Assembly (NCBI GenBank): GCA_963693095.2 | Contig: OY843768.1 | Span: 1,280,001-1,344,000 of the forward strand | Reading direction: 5' to 3' | Length of the DNA: 64,000 bases | DNA from: Cenarchaeum sp. | GTDB lineage: Archaea > Thermoproteota > Nitrososphaeria > Nitrososphaerales > Nitrosopumilaceae | Shown here: one piece after another, positions 61,992-64,000 of the stretch | How the letters are laid out: each line of letters starts with the position of its first letter | Numbering within the stretch: the first letter of the stretch is position 1 | Position numbers and translations under genes: made by a program | The notes under the pieces: model-generated | The model's input: only the letters and a program-made list of their open reading frames with translations | What the model was told of the DNA's origin: nothing | The model's database searches: none

Positions 61992-62102
61992 TGCCGGAGC
62001 AGCAGAAGCGCCGAGGCTATAAGTGAGCTCGCCGTGCCGTGCGCGCACGCGCGCACGCAGACCACGGCACACTTTAAAGGATCACACCACGCAACATGGC
62101 CC

Positions 62103-63074
62103 ATGGGCGCAGATGACCCGCTCATTGTCGGGAGCGCCGCGCAGCGCAGGGACCTCATGGGGCGTGGTGGCCGGATCAGCCTCGCAAAGATGCGCGTTCA
62201 GGGCAGGCTAGCGCCGCACAGGCGCGCATATCGCATTGCGCGCTCGCTGCACATCACGTACGGCCGGATCGTCGGCCCGCTCCACACGCTTCCCAACGTC
62301 TACATCATCGGCTTTCCAAAGTGCGGCACGACGTCACTCCACGCGTACCTCGCCGAGCACCCCGATGTCCACGTTGGCCTCCTAAAGGAGGTCAGGTACT
62401 TTGCGCATGACGAGCGATACAGGCGCGGCCTCAACTGGTACAGGGCAAACTTTCCGCTAAAGGCCCAAAAGGCGCTCCACGAGCGCAGGACGGGGCACAG
62501 GTCCATAGTCATCGACGCCTCAGTCAGGTACGTCAACCACCCGCACGCAATGAGCCGCATAGCCGACGTCACGCCAGACGCCAAGTTCATAGTGCTAGTG
62601 CGAGACCCCATCGAGCGCGCATACTCGCACTATCGCATGAACGTGCGCGTATCTCCGGAGGTGAGCGAGGAGCTCTCCTTTGCCGAGGCCATAGGGAGCG
62701 AGGAGTCGAGGATCGCCGGCGAGTATGAAAGGATGGAGCGTGACGGATCATACTATAGCAGGGCATACTTTGGGTACGGGTACGCGCGCAATGGCTGCTA
62801 TGCGAGGTGGCTTGGCACGTGGCTCGAGGCGTTTCCCGACAGGGTTCTGGTCCTTGACAGCAATGACCTAAAGGCCGACGCGCAGGGCACAACTGACCGC
62901 GTGACTGACTTTGTCGGGATTCGGCGCCGCAGGCTGCACGACACAAGAAAGCGCAACATTGGCGATGGCGGCGATGGCATTGATGCGCAGACTAGGGCGC
63001 GCCTCTCCGAGTACTATCGCCGGCCCAATGCCGAGCTCTACAGGCTCATCGGACGCGATCTCGCGTGGGACTAG
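62103..63074 (+). CDS. PAPS-dependent sulfotransferase
   Basis: 5'-PSB loop IIGFPKCGTTSL, KEVRYF, 3'-PB motif LVRDPIERAYSHY. ATG 62103 lies 30 nt from TTTAAA (62073). Confidence 0.93.
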   Translation: MGADDPLIVGSAAQRRDLMGRGGRISLAKMRVQGRLAPHRRAYRIARSLHITYGRIVGPLHTLPNVYIIGFPKCGTTSLHAYLAEHPDVHVGLLKEVRYFAHDERYRRGLNWYRANFPLKAQKALHERRTGHRSIVIDASVRYVNHPHAMSRIADVTPDAKFIVLVRDPIERAYSHYRMNVRVSPEVSEELSFAEAIGSEESRIAGEYERMERDGSYYSRAYFGYGYARNGCYARWLGTWLEAFPDRVLVLDSNDLKADAQGTTDRVTDFVGIRRRRLHDTRKRNIGDGGDGIDAQTRARLSEYYRRPNAELYRLIGRDLAWD

Positions 63075-63112
63075 CGCACGGCCCACACGGTTAATTAACG
63101 GGAGAGGCACGC

Positions 63113-63922
63113 ATGGATCGCACGAAGCACAACATTGTCGCCGGCCTCGGCGAGATTGGCGGACCTATATCGCGCATACTGCGAAAGGGGTCCCCCACAA
63201 TGGGCTACGACATTGACTCGCAAAAGATGAGGCGCGCAGACTGTCCGGGCGACGTCGAGTGCTCGATGCTCCACGTCTGCATACCGTTCACGCCGTCGTT
63301 TGCGCGCGACGTCACGCGCCTCGTGGGAATGTTCTCCCCCACGTGCGTCGCCATACACAGCACGGTCAGCGCCGGCACGACACGCTCGATGCAGGCCTCC
63401 ATGGGCATACCCATAGTGTATAGCGCGACTAGCGGGATTCACCGCAGGATGGTCCAGGACATAAAACGATACACAAAATTCTACTCTATAGAGCGATCCG
63501 CGCCACGGCGCGAGTGGGCAGCATCACTCTATCGCCGCACGATGCGAAAGTGCGGCATCAGGACAAGGCGCATGTCAAGCCCGCTAACGCTAGAGCTCGC
63601 AAAGGTCCTCTGCGACACGTCATATTACGGGTGGCTCATCAACTATGCGCAGCTCACAAACCTAATCGCGCGCGAGCACGGGGTTGACTATGACGAGATG
63701 TGGCAGTACGCCGAGCCCATACACAAGTTTTTGAAAAACCGCCCAAAGATGTTCCCCGGATACATTGGCGGCCACTGCGTCATACCAAACCTGGATCTGG
63801 TCGGCAACAGGCGGATCAGGCAGGTAAGGGAGATAAATGACGCATATCTCAAAAAGATCCCAAACGCGCGCGCGATAAACCGCAAGTACGAGGGAGACGT
63901 CAGGCGCTCGCGCGAGGGCTAG
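63113..63922 (+). CDS. UDP-glucose/GDP-mannose dehydrogenase family protein (short form)
   Basis: GLGEIG Rossmann motif, IHSTV..GTT, ELAK and catalytic PGYIGGHCV. Confidence 0.85.
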   Translation: MDRTKHNIVAGLGEIGGPISRILRKGSPTMGYDIDSQKMRRADCPGDVECSMLHVCIPFTPSFARDVTRLVGMFSPTCVAIHSTVSAGTTRSMQASMGIPIVYSATSGIHRRMVQDIKRYTKFYSIERSAPRREWAASLYRRTMRKCGIRTRRMSSPLTLELAKVLCDTSYYGWLINYAQLTNLIAREHGVDYDEMWQYAEPIHKFLKNRPKMFPGYIGGHCVIPNLDLVGNRRIRQVREINDAYLKKIPNARAINRKYEGDVRRSREG

Positions 63923-63999
63923 GGCGAGAGGCGTCCCTTGACGTACTCGATAGGCCCGACTGGCGTGGGATCCACCCCAAGCATCACTGCCCTGTATAT
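63919..63999 (-). CDS. C-terminal end of probable bifunctional phosphoglucose/phosphomannose isomerase (partial)
   Basis: Reads IYRAVMLGVDPTPVGPIEYVKGRLSP*, resembling the conserved G.DPTPV..I..K C-terminus of PGI/PMI. Its stop overlaps the convergent stop in CTAG 63919-63922. Confidence 0.65.
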   Translation of the reverse strand: MYRAVMLGVDPTPVGPIEYVKGRLSP

Positions 64000-64000
64000 T

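Overview
GC-rich archaeal window. The Tes, TrmB, MntR, flippase and PGI/PMI sequences and the archaeal TATA boxes point to Nitrososphaerota (Nitrosopumilaceae). The high GC suggests a Cenarchaeum-like, possibly host-associated lineage, but that is inference. The window has three parts. (1) Bases 1-44268 form one uninterrupted minus-strand reading frame. The supplied ORF track misses it because it runs off the left edge with no stop. It encodes a giant secreted or surface protein of at least 14,756 codons, with an N-terminal signal peptide and over 100 Thr/Ala/Asp-rich Ig-like repeats, and it shows near-identical internal duplications and module shuffling. The many '+' ORFs in this region are its antisense shadows. 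(2) About 44.3-56.3 kb is an accessory island. It holds two ~170-180 bp poly-C direct repeats bracketing a three-gene cassette (HK97 capsid-like paralogue / HEPN-like protein / HK97 capsid-like paralogue). It also holds a degenerate ACT-less prephenate dehydratase-like gene plus a duplicated fragment, three paralogous ~113 aa proteins with a shared promoter, a Panacea/YwgA-like gene coupled to a membrane protein, a TPR protein, an unannotated 55 aa acidic membrane peptide and an orphan 430 aa protein. (3) 56.5-64 kb is core genome: MntR and TrmB regulators, tetraether synthase (tes), and a surface-glycan cluster (GT4, flippase, sulfotransferase, nucleotide-sugar dehydrogenase, PGI/PMI). All family assignments are by eye from motifs; no searches were run.
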